Assembly: GCA_035502455.1 (NCBI GenBank)
Contig: DATJUI010000015.1
Coordinates: 50,249 to 114,248, forward strand
Source of the DNA: Thermoplasmata archaeon
Lineage (GTDB): Archaea > Thermoplasmatota > Thermoplasmata > Lutacidiplasmatales > UBA184
Length of the DNA stretch: 64,000 nt
Direction of reading: 5' to 3'
Part shown: one piece after another, positions 1 to 7,967 of the stretch
Numbering within the stretch: position 1 is the first letter of the stretch
Layout: each line of letters opens with the position of its first letter
Made by a program: the position numbers and the translations under genes
Notes under the pieces: generated by a model
Told to the model about the DNA's origin: nothing
The model's database searches: none
The model's input: only the letters and a program-made list of their open reading frames with translations

Positions 1-1
1 C

Positions 2-193
2 GACGGGACCTGGGCGCTCGACGCCGACCACCCCGACCTCGATCCCGAGCGCGGAGGGTACGCGATCCGCCGCCCGGTCCTCCCCCTGCGGCTCGAGCCG
101 ATCGGCCGGCCGAGCCGCTGGGCGACGGTGGAGGCCCTGAGCGTCCTCGCCCGCGTGGACGCCGCCCGCCGGACCGGACGCGCTCCGGCGTAG
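2..193 (+). CDS. 3' end of a CDS truncated by the window edge; possibly a prenyltransferase/terpene-cyclase-like alpha-barrel protein
   Basis: Frame 2 reads DGTWALDADHPDL...EPIGRPSRWATVEALSVLAR...TAG(191-193). The DGxW...GxPSxW.T..AL.VL pattern recalls C-termini of squalene-cyclase-like hypotheticals. Confidence 0.45.
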   Translation, partial: DGTWALDADHPDLDPERGGYAIRRPVLPLRLEPIGRPSRWATVEALSVLARVDAARRTGRAPA

Positions 194-214
194 GGCGCGG
201 CGCGCCCCCGTCGC

Positions 215-439
215 CTACGTGCCGCGCTTGCGGCGCATGTACCGGGTCGCGTACCCGGCGATTCGGTTGGCGAGCTTCTTGTGCGTGACCTGGATCTTCC
301 CGTCGACGACGACGCCGAGGTCGGTCAGCTCGAGGACCTTCTGCTTGTTCTTCGCGAAGTCGCCCGAGAAATCGTTCGGATAGTGACGGATCAGCTCGAT
401 CGCGACCCGCTTGATGTACGTCTGGCGGATGTTGCCCAT
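215..439 (-). CDS. rps17e: 30S ribosomal protein S17e (74 aa)
   Basis: MGNIRQTYIKRVAIEL...F..DF..NK..V...KKLANRIAGYATR is the eS17 signature. True start is ATG at 439, not the 283-aa track ORF. Confidence 0.95.
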   Translation of the reverse strand: MGNIRQTYIKRVAIELIRHYPNDFSGDFAKNKQKVLELTDLGVVVDGKIQVTHKKLANRIAGYATRYMRRKRGT

Positions 440-463
440 GCGGGGGCGCGGACCCAGGTGCCG

Positions 464-470
464 TTTATAA
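464..470 (-). promoter_or_regulatory. TATA box of rps17e (TTATAAA)
   Basis: Isolated AT-rich element ~25 nt upstream of the ATG at 439, in very GC-rich DNA. Confidence 0.7.
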
Positions 471-653
471 CCGTAGCTCTCCCGCCGGTCGTTCCGCCTC
501 GTGCGGGGGCCGCCGTCGCCGGCCCGGCCGGCCGTTCGGCGGAACGCACAAATACCCAGCCCTGGGTAATTGTTGACCGTGCGCAACGGCGGAGCCGTCC
601 GGGGGGGCTCCCGGTCCGGGTAGGACCGGCTCTTCGGACCCCGCGCGCGGTCG

Positions 654-2165
654 ATGCCGGACGACACAGCTTCCTCCAACCCTGTTCCCGCACGGGAACG
701 GAACGTGCTCCTGCTCGACCTTTCGAAGAGCATGCTCGCCCCGCTGCCGGACTCGGAGAACGGGTCGTCGGTGGAGCGGCAGAAGATCGAGGTCGCCCGC
801 ACCGCGGTCTTCCAGATCCTGCAGGACGCGGTGAACGCGAGCTCGCTGTTCGGCCTCGTGACCTTCACCGAGACGGTCCGGGTCCCCGTGCCGCTCGGCG
901 AGATCCACCGGGAGAACCTCCCGTACATCGAGAACCTGATCGCGCTCCTCCAGCCGAGCGGCCGGTCCGCCATCTGGGACGCCCTGGCCGTCGGCGCGGA
1001 CCTGCTGCGGTCGGGGACGAACGGGGTCCGCGGCAACCTCGTGCTCGTCACGGACGGCTGGGACAACGCGTCGACGCGGTTCGACGTGCGCGCGAAGCCG
1101 GACGCCGCGCTCGGCGCGGGCCGGGTCGACCTGGTCCCCTACGTCCTGCCGGCGAACTCGAAGGTGACGCTGCGGATCATCGGGATCGGCAGCGGCGCCG
1201 AGCGCGACAAGGGCGTCGACGTCGGGCGGATGGGCCAGTTCCTCGAGCAGATGAACGGGCGCGCGTCGTCCCTCGGGCTCCCGGCCGCGTTCACCTTCCA
1301 GGAGGTGACGACCGGCGGCCAGCTGTTCGCGCAGATGGTCAACGCGTTCGTCGACGTCGGCTACGACGACGACGCGCCGATCGAGGACCTCCATCCCGAG
1401 GAGCTCGCGCGCCACGCGGCGAACGCCGCGCGGGCGCTCAAGGAGCCGCAGCAGCACGCGACGGTCGCCAAGATCCACGCCGGGGCGCCCGCGTCCCGGG
1501 CCGACCCGGACACCACGTTCTCGGAGGCACCCGACCTCGAGGTCGACGTCGTCGCGACGGCGACCCACGGGGGCGCCCCGATCTCGCTCAAGGAGCGGTA
1601 CGGTCCGCTCGGCGAGGTGATCGAGGCGTACCAGGCCGGCGACTTCGACACCGCGCTCCAGTTGATCGGTCGGACCCAGGGCGTGGTGCCGCCCGTCACC
1701 CGACTCTACTGGGAGGCCCGCATCCAGTACGCCCGGCGCGCGATCGTCGAGGCGGCGCGCGCGCTCCTGCAGGCGTGGACCGAGGCGGAGAAGCTGCCGC
1801 CGGCGACGCAGGCGCGGATCCTGCGCCGGCTCGCGCTGCTCCAGGCGCGCATGCAGAACGACAAGGAGACGGAGACGCTCGTCCGGTTCATCGACGAGAC
1901 GGAGCACCGGCTCGGCAACGGCGACCCGAAGGGCCGCGAGCGGCTCATGGACCTGTTCACGAAGCTGATGGAGCTGCGGGGAACGTACCAGCTCACCCAG
2001 CTCGCCGGCGAGGGCGACCTCCAGGACGCCGCCTTAAAGCACGAGGCGGCGGTCGAGGAGGTCTTCGGCCTCCTCCAGGACGCCCGCCTCGACCTCTCGT
2101 CGTCCGGCTCGGTCGTCGAGGGGGCGCTCGACTTCATCGAGATATGCCTCGCGGAGATGCGGTAG
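654..2165 (+). CDS. vWA (MIDAS) domain protein with C-terminal TPR-like helical region
   Basis: LLLDLSKSM (DxSxS), GRSAIWDAL and VLVTDGWDN give the MIDAS elements. An Ala/Pro linker is followed by an all-alpha region (FDTALQLI...LYWEARIQYAR...AARALLQAW). Confidence 0.85.
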   Translation: MPDDTASSNPVPARERNVLLLDLSKSMLAPLPDSENGSSVERQKIEVARTAVFQILQDAVNASSLFGLVTFTETVRVPVPLGEIHRENLPYIENLIALLQPSGRSAIWDALAVGADLLRSGTNGVRGNLVLVTDGWDNASTRFDVRAKPDAALGAGRVDLVPYVLPANSKVTLRIIGIGSGAERDKGVDVGRMGQFLEQMNGRASSLGLPAAFTFQEVTTGGQLFAQMVNAFVDVGYDDDAPIEDLHPEELARHAANAARALKEPQQHATVAKIHAGAPASRADPDTTFSEAPDLEVDVVATATHGGAPISLKERYGPLGEVIEAYQAGDFDTALQLIGRTQGVVPPVTRLYWEARIQYARRAIVEAARALLQAWTEAEKLPPATQARILRRLALLQARMQNDKETETLVRFIDETEHRLGNGDPKGRERLMDLFTKLMELRGTYQLTQLAGEGDLQDAALKHEAAVEEVFGLLQDARLDLSSSGSVVEGALDFIEICLAEMR

Positions 2166-2175
2166 GGAGAACGGG

Positions 2176-3342
2176 ATGCCCGCGGTGAAGGTGACCACAC
2201 GGACCCGACGCCCGGCCGGCGCGAAGCGCGAGATGAAGCGGGGCCCGGACACGGCGCGGATCGCCGTCGTCGGGATCCCGGCCTCGGGCAAGACGACGTA
2301 CTTCAGGTTCCTCTCGGGGCATTTCGGGCTCAACCTGCCGATCCTGTACATCCCGGCCCGGGTCGACAACGGGACGATGCCGCTGTACGGGGACCTCGAG
2401 AACGACGTCGCGCTCGAGGAGACGACGTACGAGACGACCGACCCCACCGACCCCGAGGGGAGCCTCGAGACGACGACCCGGTACTACGTCAATCGGCCGA
2501 TGGAGGACCGGCGCAAGCTGTGGGTCGAGCTCTCGGCGGGCCGGGAGGACCAGGGGATCCTCACGAAGTACCCGCTGCCGACCAAGTTCAACCAGTTCGT
2601 CGAGATGAAGCTCCGCTTCCGCTACGGGGCCGCCGACGGCGACGCCGGCTCGCGGCCGATGGAGCTGCAGACGATCGACGAGGCGGGCGGGATCATCGCC
2701 GACTACTTCACCTACGATCGGCTCTGGCTCGACTCGACCGACGCCGAGGTCTCCGAGAAGTCGTGCCGGGTGATCCCGCACTTCGACTCGTGGCGCCCCG
2801 ACCGCCGGGACCTCTGGCGCCGCGGGCTCACCCTGCTGGGACGGTTCGTCCAGGAGGCCGACGCGATCATCCTCCTGCTCGCCCCCGGGCTCCCGTCGCT
2901 GCGCGACCAGGCCCAGCAGGTCAACCTCGCCCGCGGCGTGTTCCGGTACGTCCGGGCCCGCAACCTCCCGCTCGTCATCGCGATCTCGAAGTCGGACAAG
3001 CTCAACGAGTTCTACGGCGAGGTCGAGCAGTCCGTGCGGGACCGCACGTTCCGCAGCGCGTTCGATCCCGTCGACTTCCTGCTCCGGCGCGACGGGGCCG
3101 GGATGGGCACGATCCTCGTCGCCCAGGAAGGGCGGGGGATCTCGGTGAAGGAGGACGTCTACCTGATCGCGTCCGCGGTCTCGACCGGCGAAGGGCACCC
3201 GCTGTTCATCGGCGAGACCGGTCAGGAGGCGCCGACGTCCGGCACGACCACGCTGGGGGTCCCCGTGATGGTCAACACGACCCTGCCGCTCGCGCGCGCC
3301 TGCGAGCGGATCCTCGCGCTCCGCGCGACCAAGGGGTCGTGA
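2176..3342 (+). CDS. Divergent TRAFAC-class P-loop GTPase
   Basis: G1 VVGIPASGKTT, candidate G2 PLPT, G3 TIDEAG, G4 ISKSD, G5 SAV. Confidence 0.85.
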   Translation: MPAVKVTTRTRRPAGAKREMKRGPDTARIAVVGIPASGKTTYFRFLSGHFGLNLPILYIPARVDNGTMPLYGDLENDVALEETTYETTDPTDPEGSLETTTRYYVNRPMEDRRKLWVELSAGREDQGILTKYPLPTKFNQFVEMKLRFRYGAADGDAGSRPMELQTIDEAGGIIADYFTYDRLWLDSTDAEVSEKSCRVIPHFDSWRPDRRDLWRRGLTLLGRFVQEADAIILLLAPGLPSLRDQAQQVNLARGVFRYVRARNLPLVIAISKSDKLNEFYGEVEQSVRDRTFRSAFDPVDFLLRRDGAGMGTILVAQEGRGISVKEDVYLIASAVSTGEGHPLFIGETGQEAPTSGTTTLGVPVMVNTTLPLARACERILALRATKGS

Positions 3343-6332
3343 TGGCCGCGGCCGAGCCGCGCGCCGTCGGGACCCTCGCGCCGATCGCGGTCGTCTGGTG
3401 CCGGCAGGTCGACAACGAGGCGGAGAGCCCGGGCTACACGACGATCCCCGAGGAGTTCCCCGGCCGGCGGGACACCCTGGAGACGATCCGGCACGTCGGG
3501 AACCTCACGATCAACGTCGCCGACACCCACGACTACTGGGACCCCGAGCCCGGGCAGACGCTGTCGTACTACCCGAACCTGTTCCTGTACCCCACCGCCG
3601 GCGGACGTCACATCTGCGTCGGCCGGATGTTCCTCTCCACCGAGGACCGCCCGCGGCTCGGGATGAAGACGCTCGTCTTCGACACCGCCACGCTGGTCGA
3701 GTCCGGGGACTTCGGCGGGGCCCTCCTGCGCGCCCACGCGACGATGGGGTCGAGGTCCGAGGGGCCGCGCAAGGCGGAGGCCGAGCCCGACCCGTCCGTG
3801 ATCGCGGCGGTCGGCGAGGGGTTCCTCTTCCACCGCGGCTCGACCGAGGCGGTCGTCCTCGTCGCCGCCGAGCAGTGGGAGGCCGCCAACCGGGTGCTCG
3901 CCGAGCTCGTGCGGCGGCTGCCCGTCTCGCTCGTCGCCCTCGGCGCGTTCCTGTCGTTCCCGTACTTCCTGCCCGAGGCGAAGGTGAACCTCCACGAGTT
4001 CACCGAGTCGCTGCCGCTCGCGCTGGCGATCATGCGCGTCCCCCGCGGCGAGGCCCAGGGCGAACGGCACGCGAAGCGCCTGTCGAGCTGGGAGGCCGGC
4101 CCCGTCGCGGTCCGCGACCTCACCCGCCCGTCGCCCGGCCGCGCGAAGGAGACCCTCCCGACCGTCCTCCAGTACGTCCGCGACCACGCCGACGACAAGC
4201 TCGCGGAGATCGCCCGGCGCGTCGATCTCGTCGAGCTGCCCCGCCTGCGCTCCTCCGGGACGGATCCCGAGCACCAGACCGGCCGCGACCGGCGCAAGGA
4301 GATGTGGCGGATCGGGACGGCGATGGAGACCGCCGCGCTCCTGATCGCGCGCCCGAAGGGCCGGACCGTGCCCGTGAGCGCCGACGCGAGCCGGCGGGCG
4401 AACGAGTACCTGCGCGCCCGTCCGGCCGACGGCGTCGGCCCGGTCGAGCCGACCGCGCCGCCCCCGCTCGATCTCCCCGCCCCGGCGGCGTCGCCCCTCG
4501 TCGCCCAGCTCCCGCCGTGGCTGCAGCGGCCGGCCGAGGTGACGCTCCCGCCGGCCGGCCCGGTCGCCGTGCCGGTGTCGATCAGCGACGACCCGTCGCT
4601 CCAGCGCAATCCGGCGCCGCCCGCCGTCGCGAGCGGCCCGACCCCGGGCGCCCCGCCCGGGGCGAACGACCCCGACCTCGAGGCCTGGCTCCGCCGGGAG
4701 GTCGAGGCCCGGTTCCAGGAGCTCAGCCGCGCGCTGCCCCCGAGCCCCGGCACCGCCGCCTTCGAGCAGCGGATGCAGGAGCTCGGCCGCGAGCTCGAGT
4801 CGAAGTGGACCCGGGCCCTCGAGACCCGGGTGCGCGAGGTCGCCGAGGTCGAGGCCCGGGCGATCCTGTCGCTCCAGCACGACCTCTCGGGCCGGCTCAA
4901 CGCCGTGGAGGCGCGGCCGGTCCCCGTGCTGCCGCCGAGCGCCGACGAGACAGCCCAGCAGATCCGCACGGCCGTCGAGGCGCGGGCGCAGCTGCTCGCC
5001 GAGACGCTGCGCGAGAGCGTCCGCCAGTCGAGCGAGATGTGGGCGGCCGCGCTCAAGCTCGAGCTCCACCGGTCCGTCGACGAGCTCGCGGCGAAGTCGG
5101 CCCGCTCCGAGGAGGAGCTCCGCGCCGGCCTCGTCGCCCAGCTCGACCTCGAGCTGCGGGAGACGAAGGAGCAGGCGACCGCGCTGCGCGAGGAGGTCGA
5201 AGGGCGGGTGCGCGACCTCCTCAACGAGCGGTGGAACGAGATCGACCAGCGGCGCCAGAAGGAGGTCCGGGACGTGGAGCAGCGGCTCACGCTCCTCTCC
5301 GACGGGCGCGCGAAGGACCTCGAGGCGAAGCTGACGTCGATGATCGCCGCGGAACGGGAGCGCACCCAGGCCGCCTTCGAAGAGCGGGTCCAGGCCGCCG
5401 AGCGCCGGCTCGCCGTCGAGCAGGAGTCCCGGGCGACCGAGGTCTCCGAATCGCAGGGCCAGTCGCTCGCCGGGTTCCAGGTGAGGATGCAGGCGTTCTT
5501 CGAGCAGAAGCTCCGGGAGAACCAGGAGCGGGAACGCGAGAAGTACGTGGAACTGCTCGCCCGCTTCAAGGGCGAGGTCGACTCGGCCCTCGGCCGCACG
5601 ATCGACTCGACCAAGTTCGACGCGGCCGTTCGGGAGCGCGTCGCGCGCGTCCTGGACGCGGCGCGCGCGGACCAGGAGAAGACGATCGCCTCGCGCGTCA
5701 CCGACGCCGAGGTCCGCCTGCGCTCGGCGCAGGAGGAGGCCGCGCTGCGGCTCGAGCGGGTCGAGTCGAAGCTCCAGCAGCGGGAGACCGACCTCGCGCG
5801 CATCGAGCGGTCGGTGCGGCACGACGCGGAGGAGATCGAGCGCCGGGTGCAGGTGCTGACCGACCGGATGCTGCCGCTCGTCCGCAAGACGTGGCTCAAG
5901 GTCGGCGAGCTCGAGAAGGCCGGTCCGATCCCGGGCGACGTCGAGGCCCGGACCGAGGCGATCCGGCGGGAGATGACCCGCGAGCTGCGCCGCATCGAGG
6001 GCGAGATGCTCGAGCAGACGACGGAGCTCCGCGACCGGCTCGAGACCACGATCTCCCAGCAGGGCCGCATCTGGCTCAACTTCGTCCACCAGCTCGCGGA
6101 GGCCGGCGCGAACCTGATGCCGGCCGATGCGTCGAGCGGCCGCTCGTCGCGCCGGCTCGCGCCGCGGCCGAACCTCGGCCGCGCCGAGGACGCGGACGTC
6201 GACCTGCGGGCGACCGCCGGGGTCGACGCGTTCGCCGAGGACCCCGCGAACCCGCTCGACCCGGATCCGCTCGCCGATCCCGAGGCGGGCCGGGACGTCC
6301 GCCGCCGCAGCCGCCCCCGGACGGGCGGCTAG
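3342..6332 (+). CDS. ~996-aa protein: globular N-terminal region (GAP1/DENN-like?), Pro-rich linker, long coiled coil
   Basis: ATG at 3342 overlaps the GTPase stop (TGATG). Typical host codon usage begins here, not at 2520. An E/R/Q/L-rich heptad region spans ~4680-6100. Confidence 0.8.
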   Translation: MAAAEPRAVGTLAPIAVVWCRQVDNEAESPGYTTIPEEFPGRRDTLETIRHVGNLTINVADTHDYWDPEPGQTLSYYPNLFLYPTAGGRHICVGRMFLSTEDRPRLGMKTLVFDTATLVESGDFGGALLRAHATMGSRSEGPRKAEAEPDPSVIAAVGEGFLFHRGSTEAVVLVAAEQWEAANRVLAELVRRLPVSLVALGAFLSFPYFLPEAKVNLHEFTESLPLALAIMRVPRGEAQGERHAKRLSSWEAGPVAVRDLTRPSPGRAKETLPTVLQYVRDHADDKLAEIARRVDLVELPRLRSSGTDPEHQTGRDRRKEMWRIGTAMETAALLIARPKGRTVPVSADASRRANEYLRARPADGVGPVEPTAPPPLDLPAPAASPLVAQLPPWLQRPAEVTLPPAGPVAVPVSISDDPSLQRNPAPPAVASGPTPGAPPGANDPDLEAWLRREVEARFQELSRALPPSPGTAAFEQRMQELGRELESKWTRALETRVREVAEVEARAILSLQHDLSGRLNAVEARPVPVLPPSADETAQQIRTAVEARAQLLAETLRESVRQSSEMWAAALKLELHRSVDELAAKSARSEEELRAGLVAQLDLELRETKEQATALREEVEGRVRDLLNERWNEIDQRRQKEVRDVEQRLTLLSDGRAKDLEAKLTSMIAAERERTQAAFEERVQAAERRLAVEQESRATEVSESQGQSLAGFQVRMQAFFEQKLRENQEREREKYVELLARFKGEVDSALGRTIDSTKFDAAVRERVARVLDAARADQEKTIASRVTDAEVRLRSAQEEAALRLERVESKLQQRETDLARIERSVRHDAEEIERRVQVLTDRMLPLVRKTWLKVGELEKAGPIPGDVEARTEAIRREMTRELRRIEGEMLEQTTELRDRLETTISQQGRIWLNFVHQLAEAGANLMPADASSGRSSRRLAPRPNLGRAEDADVDLRATAGVDAFAEDPANPLDPDPLADPEAGRDVRRRSRPRTGG

Positions 6333-6364
6333 GCTAAGCCCGCGCCCGCGCTGCCCGCGGCCCC

Positions 6365-6553
6365 GTGACCGTTCCCGACGACCACCGGCACTGCAAGGTC
6401 TGCGGACGGGCGTGCGCGCCGGAGTCCGAGACGTGCAGCCGGGCGTGCGCCCAGCGCCGGGCCGACCAGCTCCAGACCCGCCGGATGTACAGCTACCTCA
6501 TGTATGGCGCGATCGCGCTCCTGGTCATCGTGCTGGTCTCGCACTACCTGTAG
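6365..6553 (+). CDS. DUF2116-like zinc-ribbon membrane protein
   Basis: HRHCKVCG...TCSRAC followed by a C-terminal hydrophobic helix. Confidence 0.75.
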   Translation: MTVPDDHRHCKVCGRACAPESETCSRACAQRRADQLQTRRMYSYLMYGAIALLVIVLVSHYL

Positions 6554-6565
6554 GGGCGGCGCGCG

Positions 6566-7363
6566 ATGCCTCGGTTCGGGACGGCGGTCCTGGGCGGCAC
6601 GTTCGACCGGTTCCACGTCGGCCACGCGGCCCTGCTGGCCGCGGCGTTCGCCGCCGGACGGACCGTCGCGATCGGCCTCACGACCCCGGGGTACCTCGCC
6701 GCCCACCCGAAGCCGGACGGCGGCCGGATCCAGCCGTACGCGACGCGGCGAGCGGCCGTCGTGCGCTGGATCCGCCGGGCCCGGCCCCACGCCGCCTTCC
6801 GGATCGTGGCGCTCCGCGACCCGTTCGGCGGGTCGGTCGGCCCCGGGGTCGACGTGCTGGTCGTCTCCGCGGAGACCCGGCGCGGCGGGGCGGCGGTCAA
6901 CCGGGAGCGCCGGCGCCGCGGCCTCCCCGCCGTCCCCGTCGTCACCGTCCCGATCGTGCTCGCCGACGACCTCGGTCCGGTCAGCTCCCGGCGGATCCGC
7001 GCGGGCGAGATCGACCGGTCGGGGGGGCGACGCGCACCGATCGCGATCGGGCTCTCGGTCCCGCCCGCGCTCCGCGCGTCGGCGGTCCGCGGCGTGCGGC
7101 GGGCGTTCCCGACCGCCCGCCTCGCGCTCCTCGGCGGGCCGTTCCCGCGAGCGGGCCCCCCGCGGCGCGGGCTCTCGAGGCTCGCCGCGGCGGCGGGCGC
7201 CGGCCGCGACCTGGGGGTCGCGGTCCGGGTCGGACCGGCGGGCGACGCGTGGGCCGCCGAGGCGACGGCGACCGTCGCGCTCGCCCCGACGCTCCTGACC
7301 CGGCCCGACGCGGGCCGGATCGCCGCCTGGCTGGCCCCGTCCCGTCGGCGCAAGTCCTTTTGA
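6566..7363 (+). CDS. coaD: Archaeal phosphopantetheine adenylyltransferase with a degenerate C-terminal extension
   Basis: GGTFDRFHVGH (HxGH), L.DPFG, LVVSAET, VNRER...GL and VSSRRIRAGEID motifs. Confidence 0.85.
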   Translation: MPRFGTAVLGGTFDRFHVGHAALLAAAFAAGRTVAIGLTTPGYLAAHPKPDGGRIQPYATRRAAVVRWIRRARPHAAFRIVALRDPFGGSVGPGVDVLVVSAETRRGGAAVNRERRRRGLPAVPVVTVPIVLADDLGPVSSRRIRAGEIDRSGGRRAPIAIGLSVPPALRASAVRGVRRAFPTARLALLGGPFPRAGPPRRGLSRLAAAAGAGRDLGVAVRVGPAGDAWAAEATATVALAPTLLTRPDAGRIAAWLAPSRRRKSF

Positions 7364-7385
7364 CGGGCGGCGCCTCGTCCGGGCG

Positions 7386-7607
7386 ATGGAAACCTACCTT
7401 CGGGTGACGTTCGACAGCGAGGGCGGCAAACCGAGCGAGGTCGGGAACCGGCTGCGCTCGTGCGGGTTCGTCCCGACCCAGGGGAACTACGACTTCGTCT
7501 ACGACTGGAACGGACCGGCGACCCGGGACCAGATCCTCGACCTCTCGGACGAGCTCACCCGGCAGCTCCGCTCGTACCGGGTGCTGTTCGAGATCGAGAC
7601 GATCTGA
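7386..7607 (+). CDS. Small conserved hypothetical protein (paralog of 47374-47604)
   Basis: 73 aa with DSEG, GF.P..G.YDFVYDW and L..YRV.F.IET, shared with the 47374 ORF. Confidence 0.75.
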   Translation: METYLRVTFDSEGGKPSEVGNRLRSCGFVPTQGNYDFVYDWNGPATRDQILDLSDELTRQLRSYRVLFEIETI

Positions 7608-7649
7608 GCGCCGGTAGGGCTTTTATCGCGTCCCACCCGTACTCGGCCG

Positions 7650-7967
7650 ATGCAGCGCTACCCGGTCCGGCCGACCCACCGCAAGGGACTCGCGGCCGAG
7701 CCGCTCGCGGAGCTCCTTCGGGCGTCGTTCGAGGAGGTGCGCGTGGAGGGAGACGGCGCGTCGGCGTCGTTCGGGGCGATCGTGCGGATCGTCGCGCGCC
7801 CCGAGGGCCGGGAGCTCGCGATCGAGGTCACGATGAACCCGAAGGTCCCCGAGGAGGTCGCCGCCGAGACGATCCAGCGGTACAACCGCTTCCTCGAGGC
7901 GGTGACCGGATACTCCGCGAAGGAGCGGGCGAAGCGCCTCCGCAAAACCGCCGCCGGTGGGGAGTAA
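7650..7967 (+). CDS. DUF5611-like archaeal protein
   Basis: MQRYPV...RYNRFLEAVTGYSAKERAK; TTTTAT box at 7621-7626. Confidence 0.7.
   Translation: MQRYPVRPTHRKGLAAEPLAELLRASFEEVRVEGDGASASFGAIVRIVARPEGRELAIEVTMNPKVPEEVAAETIQRYNRFLEAVTGYSAKERAKRLRKTAAGGE

Noticed and set aside
2520..3341. N-terminal 274 aa of the 1270-aa track ORF
   Set aside because: Overlaps the GTPase in another frame and has shadow-frame composition; the real start is the coupled ATG at 3342.
4680..6100. SMC/Rad50 or chemoreceptor interpretation of the coiled coil
   Set aside because: No Walker A/B, signature, hinge or zinc-hook motif, and no MCP hairpin motif or TM helices.
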